A DNA stretch of 64,000 nucleotides from the human T2T-CHM13v2.0 reference genome, Homo sapiens (GCF_009914755.1 NC_060925.1); one strand, 5' to 3'; numbered from the stretch's first letter, positions 30,290-46,578 are shown. Notes: generated by a model from the sequence alone, not told the origin. Program-made: numbers and translations.

Positions 30290-30530
30290 GTTATAATTTT
30301 TTGAGAATACAGTGTTGCTGGTCCTGTTAGGCATTTTATAGATTTCCTTTCATTTATTCTTTATAACACATCTGGAATTTAATATAGTTTCTCCTCCCAT
30401 TTTACATGGACATTGAGGCTCAGAGAAGTAACTTGCCCCAGATCCCACAACAGTGAATGATCAAACTAGCATTCAAACCCATATCTCTGGGACTCCAAAA
30501 TCTGCAATTTATTTTTCAAAATGCCATACT
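30290..30530 (-). mobile_element. MIR
   Basis: cccattttacatggacattgaggctcagagaagtaacttgccc. Confidence 0.65.
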
Positions 30531-31065
30531 GCTACGTTGATATGACAATTGTTTTGTTTTCATAGATCTGGCCTAGCAGCTTAATTGTGCAGCCAGACCT
30601 GGGTAATCCTGGAGCAAGAGTACTACCCCTAAATTCCTAAATGTACTACCTTAAATGCAAAATATAGATGATAATGTTTAGGTGAACATGACTTTCAGCC
30701 ACAAAGCTTCTCTGAGTTTAAAGGGGAGGTATTCCCTTCACTTGTGGCTGCTACTGTCAGGATACCTGTCCGCTAAAATCAAGGATGCAAAGACCCATAA
30801 CCATTATAAGAATAAACTCTAGTTTTCAAGAAAAGTAAGCATAAATTTCTCTGATGGAGATTGCTTCATTGGGTGTTATTGCTTTCAAAGGTATCAAAGG
30901 AAGCTCGTACTTGGCTAGTGAACACATTCGTTGTTCCATCATTGAGCAGCTCTTGTCAGAAAGTCCTTTTGCAATTCTAAACTGAGGAAAATGTCTCCTT
31001 AATGAAGGGTTGATATGTTTGTTACTGTTTCATTCACAAAAGTATTTTGAATTATAAAATGCTTT

Positions 31066-31423
<358 letters not shown>

Positions 31424-31480
31424 CTAAATTATAGAGCTATGTTTCATATTTGTCTCAAAAAATTATAAACAATAAATCCT

Positions 31481-31800
31481 GTCCAAGCACGGTGGCTCGC
31501 GCCTGTAATCCCAGCACTTTGGGAGGCCAAGGCAGATGGATCATTTGAAGTCAGGAATTTGAGACCAGTCTGGCCAACATGGTGAAACTCTGTTTCTACT
31601 AAAAATGCGAAAAAAATCAGCTGAGTGTGGTGGTGCATGTTTGTAATTGTAGCTATTCAGGAGGCTGAGGTGAGAGGAATTGCTTGAACCTGGGAGGCAG
31701 ATGCTGCATTGAGCCAAGATCACACCACTGCACTCCAGCCTGGGTGGCAGAGCAAGACTCCATCTCAAAAAAAAAAAAAAAACAAAACGAGAAAAAAACA
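31481..31800 (+). mobile_element. AluS
   Basis: Dimeric Alu. Confidence 0.92.
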
Positions 31801-31953
31801 ACTTGTCTGTGGTACCATCTTCATAAATCCTCATCTTCCCTTAATGTCTTATAACTGTACTTATTACCATAATTCATTATGTTCATGAGTTGACTTTGTT
31901 CACCCAGTGAAATTATAAGCTTGGTGACAGCAGCTTCCTAATCTGAACATTTC

Positions 31954-32252
<299 letters not shown>

Positions 32253-32580
32253 TTGAACATTTCTTTATGACCTTTGAGGTGATAGTTCTTGAGACCTCTA
32301 AAGCAATTCATACAGTAAAGCTGTACAGTTTAACCAAGGAAGGCATCAATATTTTTGGCTTTTACTTAGACAAACTTCAACAATGTGATAATATAACTTA
32401 GTTTATGCTCATTAGAAGCCCTGATAAAATTGGAAACCAAATTTTCATTTAATAAATGCCATTTATTTAAAAATCAGCTTTTTAAATGTAAGTCTTTCAT
32501 AGTGAAAGATTGGGAATTACTGTTTGGTAGTGTCCATCCAGCCCAGAGTTGCATAATGTTTATTAAAAATATGATTAATT

Positions 32581-32883
<303 letters not shown>

Positions 32884-32936
32884 AAATATGATTAATTTAT
32901 TGATACAAAGTAGCTAATAAACTTTTTTGTTTTTAG

Positions 32937-33161
32937 GGAATGTGGTGAGCAACTTGGGACATTCCTTCTTCAGTCAAAGTTTCCTTGGCAGTAAAGAACA
33001 TGGTGGATTCTTATATGTGACATCTACCTACCAGTCACTGCAAGACCTAGTACTCCCAACCCCACCTTACTTGTTTGGGATTCTTATCCAGAAATGGGAA
33101 ACTCCTTGGGCTAAAGTATTTCCTATCCGTCTGATGTTGAGACTTGGAGCTGAATATCGAC
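32937..33161 (+). CDS. ZFYVE9: Exon G (225 nt, phase 1 to 1): [75 protein letters not shown]
   Basis: Acceptor ttgtttttag|GG, donor CGAC|gtaagt; lies within ORF 32927..33169; conserved SARA/endofin C-terminal region. Confidence 0.96.
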
Positions 33162-33699
33162 GTAAGTAGTAAAAACACGTTTTTCAAGGCATGATGACTA
33201 AAATAATGCCTGAAATATTCAGAGCCCTCTGTTTGGTGATATAATTCAGCAGAAATAGTCTTTTGAAATAGCTAAACTAAATTTGGCCAGTGTCTGCGTG
33301 TATTGGGCATAATGGGAAGCACTGAAAATAACGAATGAGGAAGTTGATTATGTATTACCTTGTAAACTTACTGCTTTTATAGTTCATTGATAAAAAACAC
33401 GATCATCTTTAGAAAAGTGAATTTGAACTTAAGTAACTTTATTTTTTATAGTTTCTGTATATGATGAGCATATTCTTTGTCACTTGGTTGGAAAACAGTT
33501 ACGATCAATTATATTTTACTTAACATACTGGAAGCTAGTGGAATGGAAACCACTCTCAGTTGGTAAGATACAGGCTACAGAAGAAGGAGCTTCCTTGCTC
33601 ATGGCTTTAGCAGCGTAACTAAGATGTGATTTTTAAAAAGACATTAATGGTTAAATGCAAACTTTATTTTAAATTTTATATCTCCATCTAATTAAAAGT

Positions 33700-33910
33700 G
33701 CCCTGTGCTAGGAATCCGACCACTTGAGTAAGATTCTCAACTCTGCCACTTATGAGCTCTGTAACTTTGGGCAAGTCACCCAAGTTCTCTGATTGTGTTT
33801 CTTTTGTAAACTGGAAATAATAATGCTTGCCTTCTATTTTATATTGGGTTGTTAACAGGATCAAATGAGAGAATAAATGAAACATAATTTTATAAACCAT
33901 AAAACAGTTT
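33700..33910 (+). mobile_element. MIR
   Basis: ctctgccacttatgagctctgtaactttgggcaagtcacccaagttctctga. Confidence 0.7.
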
Positions 33911-34403
33911 ATGTTCTCAGCAAGTCAACTTCATTCTTCCACCAATTATTTATTTATTCAGTAAGAATTTAATAAAGGCCTCCCATATATCCTGAATCCT
34001 GGGAATTCTGAAATAGCTAAGATGTGATTATAGGCTCTCGGGAACTTTTATAAGGAATACATACAGAAATAATGATTGTAGTGGTATCTTGTATTAAAAC
34101 CTGTGCTCAAAGTTAAGTTCATTGGGAGCTCCAAGACAGGCTCTAACTTGACCAGACCAGGAATGAAGGAGTAGTTGGACCTTCAGTTTTCTTGGACCAG
34201 AGTGCCTCTGGATTAACTCTGAAGGAGGCATATGAATCAGCTAAATGAATCAGGGAAAGGGAAGGATTGTGTGCAAAAGAAGCAACATGTGTATCTTCCT
34301 ATTTTATACAGGCATTTCAAACCATAAAATTCAAGAGATGAGCCAGACTGATTTGCCTCTCCTAAGGAGGATCCTGGTTAGGAGGTATAGAAGAATGAAC
34401 TCT

Positions 34404-34689
34404 TGGCTGAGTGCGGTGGCTCATGCCTCTAATTCCAGCACTTTTGAGAGGTGGCCAAGGCAGGCAGATCATTTGAGGTCAAGAGTTCAAGACCAGCCTG
34501 GCCAACATGGTGAATCCCATCTCTACTAAAAATACAAAAAAATTAGCTGGGTATGGTGGCGCATGCCTGTAATTCCAGCTACTGGAGAGGCTGAGGCAGG
34601 AGAATCGCTTGAACCCTCCTAAGGCAGGAGATCATGCCACTGCACTCCAGCCTGGGTGACAGAGTGAGACTGTGTCTCAAAAAAAAAAG
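34404..34689 (+). mobile_element. AluS with a right-arm rearrangement
   Basis: Dimeric Alu; TSD tgaactctt. Confidence 0.92.
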
Positions 34690-34824
34690 AGTGAACTCTT
34701 AAACTTGTTGGAAAAAGAAAAAGTGAACTCTTAAACTTATTGAGCACAGAGGAATCAGGAGATATTTATTTCCTGGATCGTATCAATTCAGTTTGAAGAA
34801 GATTGCTCCCTAAGACCTTGTGGG

Positions 34825-35142
34825 TTTGTTTGTTTGTTTGTTTGTTTGTTTGTTTTGGAGACAGGGTCTCATTCTGTCACCAAGGCTGGAGTGGGCTCCA
34901 GCCCACTCTGTCACCCATTCTGTCACCTGGGCTCAAGCCATCCTTCTACCTCTCAGCCTCCCAAGTAGATGGGACTACAGGTGCATGCTACCACACCCAG
35001 CTAATTTTTTTGTTTGTTTTTTTGTAGAGACAGGGTCTCCCTAGGTTGCACAGGCTGGTCTCAAACTCCTAGGCTCAGGTGATCCTTCTGCCTCAGCCTC
35101 CCAAAGTGCTGGGATTACAAGCATGAGCCACTATGCCTGGCT
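34825..35142 (-). mobile_element. AluJ with a (TTTG)n tail and an internal rearrangement
   Basis: Dimeric Alu. Confidence 0.9.
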
Positions 35143-35374
35143 ATTGTGTGTCATTTTTGAAACATTTACATCGAAAGGCTTATTCTGGTTATCAGAAGAC
35201 TTAATATGGCTCAGCATTTGTCTGCTACCATGCCAAATACTTTTTGAGCCCAAAATTTGATATGTTCTAATGAGCCATTATAATTATATTTTGAAAATTG
35301 TATTAGTCATGAAATCTCTTTTACCAAAGTTTTATGTTGCCAAATTTAAGTTTGATCATTTCTCATTTCCATAG

Positions 35375-35457
35375 TTTATCCATGCCCACTATTCAGTGTC
35401 AGATTTCGGAAGCCATTGTTTGGAGAGACGGGGCATACCATCATGAATCTTCTTGCA
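35375..35457 (+). CDS. ZFYVE9: Exon H (83 nt, phase 1 to 0): [28 protein letters not shown]
   Basis: Acceptor tttccatag|TT, donor GCA|gtaagt; the true frame differs from that of ORF 35334..35582. Confidence 0.94.
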
Positions 35458-35595
35458 GTAAGTTGGGAATTTTTTTTCCTTTGTCCTTACTGGAGTTTAT
35501 ATGGGAGAAGGAAGAAAGCAATTTTATTATTTTCTTGGTAGCTGTGCCCAAGCTGCTTAAGGCAGGTAAAGATATATGCTGAAGAAAAAGAACAG

Positions 35596-35683
35596 TATAT
35601 GTATGTGTATATATATATATACACACACACACATATACATATATATTCATATGTATACACACACACACACACACATATATATA
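35596..35683. repeat. Compound (TA)n/(CA)n microsatellite
   Basis: Seen directly. Confidence 0.9.
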
Positions 35684-36285
35684 TTCTTTTGCAAACATGA
35701 AGTGAAATGGTACAGGATTCCAGCGCCTGATTATACACTTACCGTCCAACCTTGCAGAATTATTGTGAGGACTAGAAGTAATACATAAATAAAACACCTA
35801 GCATTCTGTCTTGTTTTTATTTTAAGACTGGCATTCTATGAGTTTCTCTTGTGTCTATATAGGTTATTATCCAAGCAAAGATTGGTCAGAGATTGTACCC
35901 AGATACCCCAAGCCAGTAAGGCTACTGCCCTCTGCTGATGGATCTGAATATGGACTGGAATTTAAACTTCATTGTTTTCCTTTCTTCTGGGCTCTCTCAT
36001 GTCTCCTACACACGTGCACAGGTTCTGACTCTGTTGGCCAAGATCATTGGTTGGCTTGAGTCCACTAAGTTCTCTGCTGCATATATGCACAGACTAGGAT
36101 CAATCCTGGATATTTGGACCGTTTATGAAGCTCCCTATGGTTGTCTTACCTCCCAGAACTTGCCCCAAACAGGTTTGGTGAAATCAAGGTAATCAAGCTA
36201 CTGGGCCTCCCTTTTTAATAACCACCGAGATTACCACTTTGACAATGTTCCATAGCAAGTAAACTCCTTCAAGTAGCAAAGCTCA

Positions 36286-36584
36286 TTTTTTTGTTTGTTT
36301 TGTTTTATTTTGTTTGAGACAGAGTCTCTATCGCCCAAGTTGGAATGCAGTGGCACGATCTCAGCTCATTGCAACCTCCACCTCCGAGCAATTCTCGTGC
36401 CTGAGCCTCCTGAGCAGCTGTGACTATGGGAGCACACTACCACACCCAGCTAATTTTTGTATTTTTTGTAGAGAGAGCGTTTTGCTATGTTGGCCAGACT
36501 GATCTCAAACTCCTGGCCTCAATGATTCACCTGCCTCAGCCTCCCAAAGTGCTGGTATTACAGGCATGAGCCACTGCTCCCAGC
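36286..36584 (-). mobile_element. AluJ
   Basis: Dimeric Alu; TSD gcaaagctcatt. Confidence 0.92.
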
Positions 36585-36722
36585 TGCAAAGCTCATTGTT
36601 TTTACAAACTACCTTGCCCTGGTTGAACTACCTAACTACCTAATGGGGCTAGGGGGCAGCCCCAGGCAAGAAGGTCACAGACTCAATTCAAAGTTCAGTA
36701 GTTTTCATGAAAAAAACATTTC

Positions 36723-37018
36723 TTTTTTTTTTTTTTTTTGGAGATGGAGTCTCGCTCTGTTGTCCAGGCTGGAGTGCAGTGGCACAATCTTACTGCAACC
36801 TCTGCCTCCCAGGTTCAAGAGAGTCTCCTGCTTCAGCCTTCAGAGCAGCTGGGATTACAGGCACCTGCCACCACGCCTGGCTAATTTTTTGTATTTTTCA
36901 TAGAGACAGGGTTTTACCTTGTTGGCCAGGCTGGTCTCAAACTCCTGACCTCAGGTGATCCACCCATCTCAACCTCCTAAAGTGCTGGGATTACAGGCAT
37001 GAGCCACCATGCCCAGCC
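36723..37018 (-). mobile_element. AluS
   Basis: Dimeric Alu. Confidence 0.93.
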
Positions 37019-37195
37019 AAAACACTTCTTAATGTTAATATGCCTTTGATCTAATTCCAGAGCACTGAAATGGTTCTTTTTAAGCCACTTATACAGCTTT
37101 TCGGTTGCTTTTTGAGGAGTGGGTTTGGTGATTTCCTCCCTCTGTGATGCTTAAAAGCTATATTTCCAGTTATCTTTTTTTTTTTATTTCTTTAA

Positions 37196-37460
<265 letters not shown>

Positions 37461-39757
37461 CTTTTGCCTGTTTTTTAATTGGGTTGTCTTTTTGCTGCTA
37501 GGTTAAATTTGTTATATATTCTGGATATTAACTCCTTTTCAGATGTATGGTTTGCAGATATTTTCCATTTCTGTAGGTTGTGTCTTCACTCTGTTAATAG
37601 TTTCCTTTTCTGTGCAAAATCTTTTTAGTTTGATGTAATTCCATTTGTCTATTTTTGCTTTTATTGCCTGTGCTTTTGGGATCTTATCTAAAAATTCATT
37701 GCCTAGCCCAATATTGTGAAGCATTTGCCCTGTTTTCTTCTAATAGTTTCATAGTTTTGGGTTTAAATTTAAGTCTTTAATCCGTTTTTAGTTGATTTTT
37801 GTATATGGGGAGAGGTGGGGGTCTAGTTTCATTCTTCTGCATGTGGATATATCCACTTTTCCAAGTACTATTTATTGAAGAGAGTCCTTTCTGCAGTGTG
37901 TGTTCTTGGCACCTTTGTCGAAAATTAGTTGGCTGTAGGTGTCCAAATTCATTTCTGGGCCTTCTATTCTGTACTGTTGGAGTATGTGTTTGTTTTGGCC
38001 ACTACTATGCTGTTTTGGTTATTATAGTTTTGTAGTATATTTGGTCAGGTAGTGTGATATCTCTAGCTTTGTTCTTTTTGCTCAGGACTGTTTTGGCCAT
38101 TTGAGGCCTTTTGTGGTTTTATAAGAATATTAAGGTTTTGGTTTTTTTTTCTGTTTCTGTGAAGAATATCATTGGCATTTTGATAGAGATTGCATTAAAT
38201 CTGTAGATACCTTTGGGTAGTATGGCTATTTTCACGGTATTAATTCTTCCAATCCATGAACATGGAATCAGTTTCCTTTGTCAATGTTTTTTTTTTTTTT
38301 TTTTTTTGAGACGGAGTCTTGCTCTGTTACCCAGGCTGGAGTGCAGTGGCGCAATTTCGGCTCACTGCAAGCTCCGCCTCCCGGGTTCACACCTTCTCCT
38401 GCCTCAGCCTGCCGAGTAGCTGGGACTACAGGTGCCCGCCACCACGCCTGGCCAATTTTTTGTACTTTTAGTAGAGACGGGGTTTCACTGTGTTAGCCAG
38501 GATGGTCTCGATCTCCTGACCTCATGATCCGCCCGCCTCTGCCTCCTAAAGTGCTGGGATTACAGGCGTGAGCCACCTTGCCCGGCCCTTTTTCAATGTT
38601 TTAGAGGTTTCTTTGTAAAGATCTTTTACCTCTTAACTAAGTGTATTCCTAGGTATCTTATTTTTTTTATAGCTACTGTAAATGGAATTGTTTTCTTTAT
38701 TTTTTATTAGCGTATAGAAACACTACTGATTTTACATGCTGATTTTGTATCCTACAACTTTACCGAATTTGTTCATTAGCTCTAACAGGTTTTTGGTGGC
38801 ATCTTTAGGGTTTTCTATGTATAGGGTCATGTCATTTGCAAACAAGCACAATTTGACTTTCCAGTTTGGATGCCTTTTATTTCTTTCTCTTGCCTAAGTG
38901 CTCTGGCTAGGACTATGTTGAATAGAAAGGATTAAAATGGGCATCCATGTCTTGTTCCTGTTCTTTGAGGAAAAGATTTCCACTGTTCCCATTCAGTATG
39001 ATGTTAGCTGTGGGTTTGTCACATATGGCCTTTATTGTGCTGGGCTGCTTGTCCAGCTGGGCACAGCAGGCCAGCCAGCTGTGTGTTGGTTTCTCCACTG
39101 TACAGGTCTGTCTGTTCCCTGGGGCAGGGAGGTGCCATGTGAGTTCAGTGCCAGGGCTCCCTCATTCTGTTGGGCCTAGGCTCTCAGCAGCTGGATGATG
39201 GTGATACAGCTACATGTGTGTGTTGTGGACTGACAGTGGAGCTTCAGAGATGGAGAGATGCAGTGGCAATTGGCCCCCAGGCAGGATGAACTCTAGCAGT
39301 GGGTCCAGTTTCAAGATGGCACCATGCTATGACTGGGAATGAGGGCTGTATGACATGGGCTCCAACTCTGGAGCAGTGTAGTCCTGTGAACTGCAGGCAA
39401 CTACAAACTGGATTCAGGGTTTGTGAGGACCGCGGGACGAGGCTGCAGTGGTCATGGGGACCATGGGTCCCCAGCTTACCCTTTCCCCATTAGAAGTAGT
39501 CCTTCCTGACTCCAGGCCACTCCTTGCAGGGAGGCAGTGCGGCAGAGGCAGAGTGCTTCGCTCCCGTCTCTGTGGTGCTATCTGGGGCATCTGGTGCTCC
39601 ACAGGAATTTCAGCACTCCCCTGGTGCTCTCCAGCATACTTCCACAGCCACTCCAGTTGAAATATAGTTTGTTTATTGTTGTTTTGGTCCCTTTTGTTGA
39701 GTAGAGGGGAGCAAGAGCCAGACAACTCCAGTCAACCATCTTGCTGATGTCACTGTC
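37461..39757 (-). mobile_element. L1MA/PB-like element: ORF2 remnant (37461-39043) joined to a 5'UTR-like segment (39044-39757)
   Basis: ORF 37539..37724 gives KAKIDKWNYIKLKRFCTEKETINRVK and ORF 38913..39098 gives IKAICDKPTANIILNG, both L1 ORF2p; the minus-strand 5' end reads gtgacatcagcaagatgg. Confidence 0.8.
38287..38588 (-). mobile_element. AluY inside L1
   Basis: AluY diagnostics; TSD tcaatgtttt. Confidence 0.94.
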
Positions 39758-39788
39758 GTTTAGAGAGAACAATAAGAAAAAAAAGTCT

Positions 39789-40130
<342 letters not shown>

Positions 40131-40315
40131 TCATTCCTTTGTATAACTCTGTATTTTCATCTGGTGTCATTTTCCTTCTGCCAAAATGATTGCCTGTAAT
40201 ATTTCTTACAGTGTAGGTTTGCTGCTGATGAATTATTTTAGCTTTTGTATTTCTAACAACATCTTTATTTGATCTTCATATTTGGAAGATACTTTTGGTG
40301 GTTGGAGAAGTCTAG

Positions 40316-41085
<770 letters not shown>

Positions 41086-41951
41086 CTTCTCTGGCTAGTT
41101 TCAAAAGCTTTTTAAAATTACAAGTTTGAAGCAAATTGATTATAATGTGCCATAGTGTAGTTTTCATGTTTCCCGTACTTGGGGTTCATTGAGCTTTTTG
41201 AATCTATGGGTTTATAGTTTTCATCTGATATTTTTTCTGTTCATCCCCTTCTCTCCCTGAAGGAGATTACTCCAATTACATATATATCAGGCTGCTTGAA
41301 ATTGTTTCACGTCTTACTAATGTTCTTTTTATTTCTTTTTCAGTCTTTTTTGTCTCTTGTTTTCATTTAGGATGAATTTTATTGCTGTGCTCTCAATTTC
41401 ACTAATCTTTTATTTTGGTTTAAGCTGCTGTTAATTCTATCAATCTTTTAAACAATCTCAATCAAATACTTTGATTTTCATCTCTTGAAGTTATACTTGG
41501 GTCTTTTAAGATCTTTTATGTCTCTGCTTAACATTTTGTACATGTAGAATACAATATAATAACTATTGTAATGCCTTTAGTAATTCTAACTTCTTGTATA
41601 AGTTCTGGCTCCGTTTCCATGGATTGATTTTTTTTCCTTTATTTTGAGTTGTATTTTCCTGCTTCTTTGAATGTTTGGTATTTTTTTATTGGTTGCCAGA
41701 CATTCTGATTTTACCAGTTGGGTGCTGGTTATCAATATTCTTGAGCTTTTTTTGCAAGTAATGAAGTCAAGTTACTTAGAAAAACCCTCCATCTCACATC
41801 ATATTCTACATTTCAGTAAATGGCAGTTCCAGTCTTCTAGTAGCCCTGGCTATAAAATTTAGAATCATCTTTAACTTTTATCATTTGTTCACATTCCACA
41901 TCCACAGTGGCAAATATTATCAGATTTTCCTTTAAAATATGTCTGGAAACA

Positions 41952-42609
<658 letters not shown>

Positions 42610-43303
42610 TGTTAACATCCTGGTCTAAGCTCTCACTATCTCCTACCTTGATTGTTTTTATGGTATTTATCTGATCTTTTCTTCCATTCTTCCTCCCTTA
42701 CCACCTATTCATTACCAAGGAGTCAGATCTGTTAAAACAGGTCAAAAGCCTCCTAAAGGCAAAAGTCCTCACGGTGACCTATAAGAACCTATGAAATCTA
42801 GCCATTTGCTATTACTTTGACCTTGAGTCCACCACTCTTGTTCATTTTGTTTCACCCATACTGGATAGATGATGTGTTAGTGTGTGTGTGTGTTTCCTTA
42901 CAGATATTCATTGAGTGCCTAAGATGTTCCAGGCGTTAAGGATATAGCAAGAACAACACAACTGAGAGTTTGTACTCTCTTGGAGCTTCAGAGGGAGGAG
43001 ACAGATAGTTAACAAATAAATACAGAAAATGTTAAGTGGTGGTAAAGCAGGGTAGACATTCAAAAATATTTTTTAATGTTGTGTATAAGAGGTATATGAT
43101 AATGTTTGGTTTACTTATAAGAGTTTAAAGACTAAAGAGCTAAAATACATATAGTGGGGCTTTCATTATACATTTCCTTATTATTTAAATAAATAGGATC
43201 TTTCAATATTGACATTTTTTCCATTCGTGTTAATTTTATTACTATAAATTAAACCCTACCATTGATGAATTAATTTATTCTGCTTCAATCTGCTTTGGCC
43301 CAG

Positions 43304-43408
43304 GACTTCAGAAATTACCAGTATACCTTGCCAGTAGTTCAAGGTTTGGTGGTTGATATGGAAGTTCGGAAAACTAGCATCAAAATTCCCAGCAACAGAT
43401 ACAATGAG
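43304..43408 (+). CDS. ZFYVE9: Exon I (105 nt, phase 0 to 0): DFRNYQYTLPVVQGLVVDMEVRKTSIKIPSNRYNE
   Basis: Acceptor ttggcccag|GAC, donor GAG|gtaaga; open frame continuing exon H. Confidence 0.94.
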
Positions 43409-43734
43409 GTAAGATTTACCATGAAGGCGTATTTTTCATAGTTGAAAACATGAGTGAAGGTGAAAAATGCATGATTATATATAAATTTTACTTATAATTA
43501 ATTAACAATGAAATCAGTTAATAATATTGTATGGCTTAGTTCAATTATGGGGAATTTCATTACAGGAAGACAAGATGTCAAATTTCTGACCTAGTGGTTC
43601 ATTGGATGTGTCATTTTACCTTTTGATGTTATGATAATTAGTATTAGATTTGCATTTTGATTAGGTCATGAAATTAGCCTTGTATCTGTAATATTAGTGG
43701 TGAGATTTTTAAAATGTCCCCACTCCTACTATAA

Positions 43735-44058
<324 letters not shown>

Positions 44059-44445
44059 TAAAATAATTTTTCCTTCCTTTTTCCTTTTTTTTTCCTTTTT
44101 CATTTCATTTTTTCTTCATTTAGCCACTAAATCATTTATGCGTTGAATAAACATTATGTACTTGGTATGCACGTAGAATCACACAGATGTTTTATTGGAT
44201 TTGTGAGCTCAGTTCTCAGCATTATTATGAGAATGACCTCTGTGAAGAAAGCTTTTAGCCATGACTTTCCACGTGATTTTTTTTTTTTTAAGGATATTAG
44301 AAAATAGTAGCTAGAATGTGTGCTTACTTTTTTCTGGGATACAACTAGCAGTCTTCAGCATTTAGATAATCCTGCCTTGGAGTATCAAGGAGTAATCGAT
44401 GAGACTAGGTAGAGTCAAATCTTTAAAGTGAACTATTTGTAGTTC

Positions 44446-44487
44446 ACAGATCTTGCTCTGTTGCCCAGGCTGGAGTGCAGTAATGCA
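44446..44487 (-). mobile_element. Short Alu fragment
   Basis: tcttgctctgttgcccaggctggagtgcagt only. Confidence 0.7.
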
Positions 44488-44502
44488 ATCTTTCATGGCC
44501 TA

Positions 44503-44933
<431 letters not shown>

Positions 44934-44972
44934 CCTTATGCCTGCTTTCGGAGCGTTTGCTGTCCAGGAAAA

Positions 44973-46578
44973 TGATGGCATCAGTGGCCTGTCTGGAGTG
45001 GCTGCTGCCATCATGCTGGCTGCAGCAGGGTGGTGCTGCCAGGGCTGCATACTCCGTGGAGCCTGTAGGAGCCGGGGACAAGTGGGAGCCCCACCCCTTC
45101 CGAGTTGGTGGGGTGGGCCTCCCAAGGTGCAGCTGCCCAAGTTATGGCTGCAGACCTGGGCCTTCTGCTCCATGGAGCAGGCAGGAGCTCCCCCCTTGCA
45201 GGCACAGCTGTAGCTACCCGAGTTGTGGCTACGGACCCAGGCATCCTCGTGCTTGGGAAGGCCCCCCTCCCTTACAGCCCTGGAAATGCCTGCTCCTACT
45301 GCCTGGCTTTTCCCTGCTGTCAGCACCCACTCCAATCTCAGAGCAAAGTCGGGGCAGTGCTGACACACCAGTGCCCTGCCGCCTTGGCCCCCTCTGGACT
45401 TTGGGCACTGACAAACATAGGAAGTAAGCTGATGGGGGATGTGTGCAGCTCAATGCTGGCCTGCAGACACCCCATGGAACCTACAGCTTGGGCACCATGA
45501 ATAGCAGGAGGCAAACACGTTCCTGAGCAGAAGAGGCCAGGTCCCCGATGAGGTTCCACCTTCAGGCTAGGAAGGGCCTGAAGGCTGGGGGGCCAGGCCA
45601 CCAGTCCCATGGACTGTAGTGGGAACTTGGGGTGCCTTTTCTCAGCCTGCCCATGGCTGTCCATGCACCAGTCGGTGCATGCTTCCCCTCCTCTGAGGCC
45701 TGTAAAAGCCCTGGGATCAGCTAGAGCTGAGCAGACATCGGGATGACCAGCTGCAGAGAGGAGCTGCCCACTCCAGGGTCTCCTCTCTGCTGAGACCTGC
45801 AGACGCTGAGATGACCAGCTGTAGAGAGGAGCTGCTCACTCCAGGGCCGCCTCTCTGCTGAGAGCTGAATACTCGATTTGACAACCTGCCTGTAGAGAGG
45901 AGCCACCCACCCCAGGCCCTCCTCTATTACGTCACTCATAAAGCTCCTCTTCACTTTGCTCACCCTCCACTTGTCTGCATACCTCATTCTTCCTGGATGC
46001 AGGACAAGAACTCGGGACCTGCCAAATGGCAGGGCTGAAAGAGCTGTGACACAAACAAGGCTGAAACATGCCCCTTGCTTGCCACATTGCAAGTGAAGAG
46101 AAGGAGAGAAGAGCTGCAGCCCTTTGGGGAACCCAAGCTTGGGAGCTCCCTGAGCCAGGGCTGTGACTCCCTCTTTGGGGCCCTGTGGTTACTGAAGTCT
46201 CCAAGCTTCCGAATGTCACCACATTCCCTGGTGGCAGCTGTGGAAGCTGCTTGCGGTGCACCTGGTCCAGCTGCAGCCTGGCAGAGAGCCAGGGCCTGTG
46301 CAGGCACCTGGAGCTACCTGCCTCACTGCAGCAGCCAGCATGCCTGACTGTGTGCAGTGGCCGGAACCCACGCTTGCTTTCTCACACACCCCTTGCTGCT
46401 CCATGCCTGGCTCACCCTTGACAGACATGGGATCCAGGCTGGTAGTGTAAGCCTAGCACAGCCTGCCAGGCTGAGTGGCCGGAACAAGCCCAGCAGGCCT
46501 GAGCAAAACTCAGGCAAAGGCACCACTGGCCACAGAGCTTTCCAGCCAGAAAAGCAACACACCAAGGATCCTGTAACA
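44973..46578 (+). mobile_element. MER52-type (MER52A-like) ERV1 solo LTR, about 1.6 kb
   Basis: TG...CA ends (tgatggcatcagtggcc ... aaggatcctgtaaca); GC-rich and CpG-depleted; three internal repeats of about 68 bp at 45742-45926. Confidence 0.85.

Larger units (their letters stand above)
35838..37155 (-). mobile_element. Old L1M 5'-end-like fragment interrupted by two Alus
   Basis: Resembles recalled L1MC/ME 5' ends; degenerate. Confidence 0.45.

Noticed and set aside
30560-30990. Possible L3/CR1 fragment or conserved element
   Set aside because: The resemblance is too faint to support without a profile search
35711-35780. tacagGATTCCAGC...TATACACTTACC looked like a duplicated or mutually exclusive copy of exon I
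   Set aside because: Similarity is weak, there is no polypyrimidine tract, and the phase-0 frame hits TGA at the fifth codon
37539-39098. ORFs resembling reverse-transcriptase-associated protein
   Set aside because: Short remnants of a dead L1 ORF2 interrupted by stops, frameshifts and an Alu
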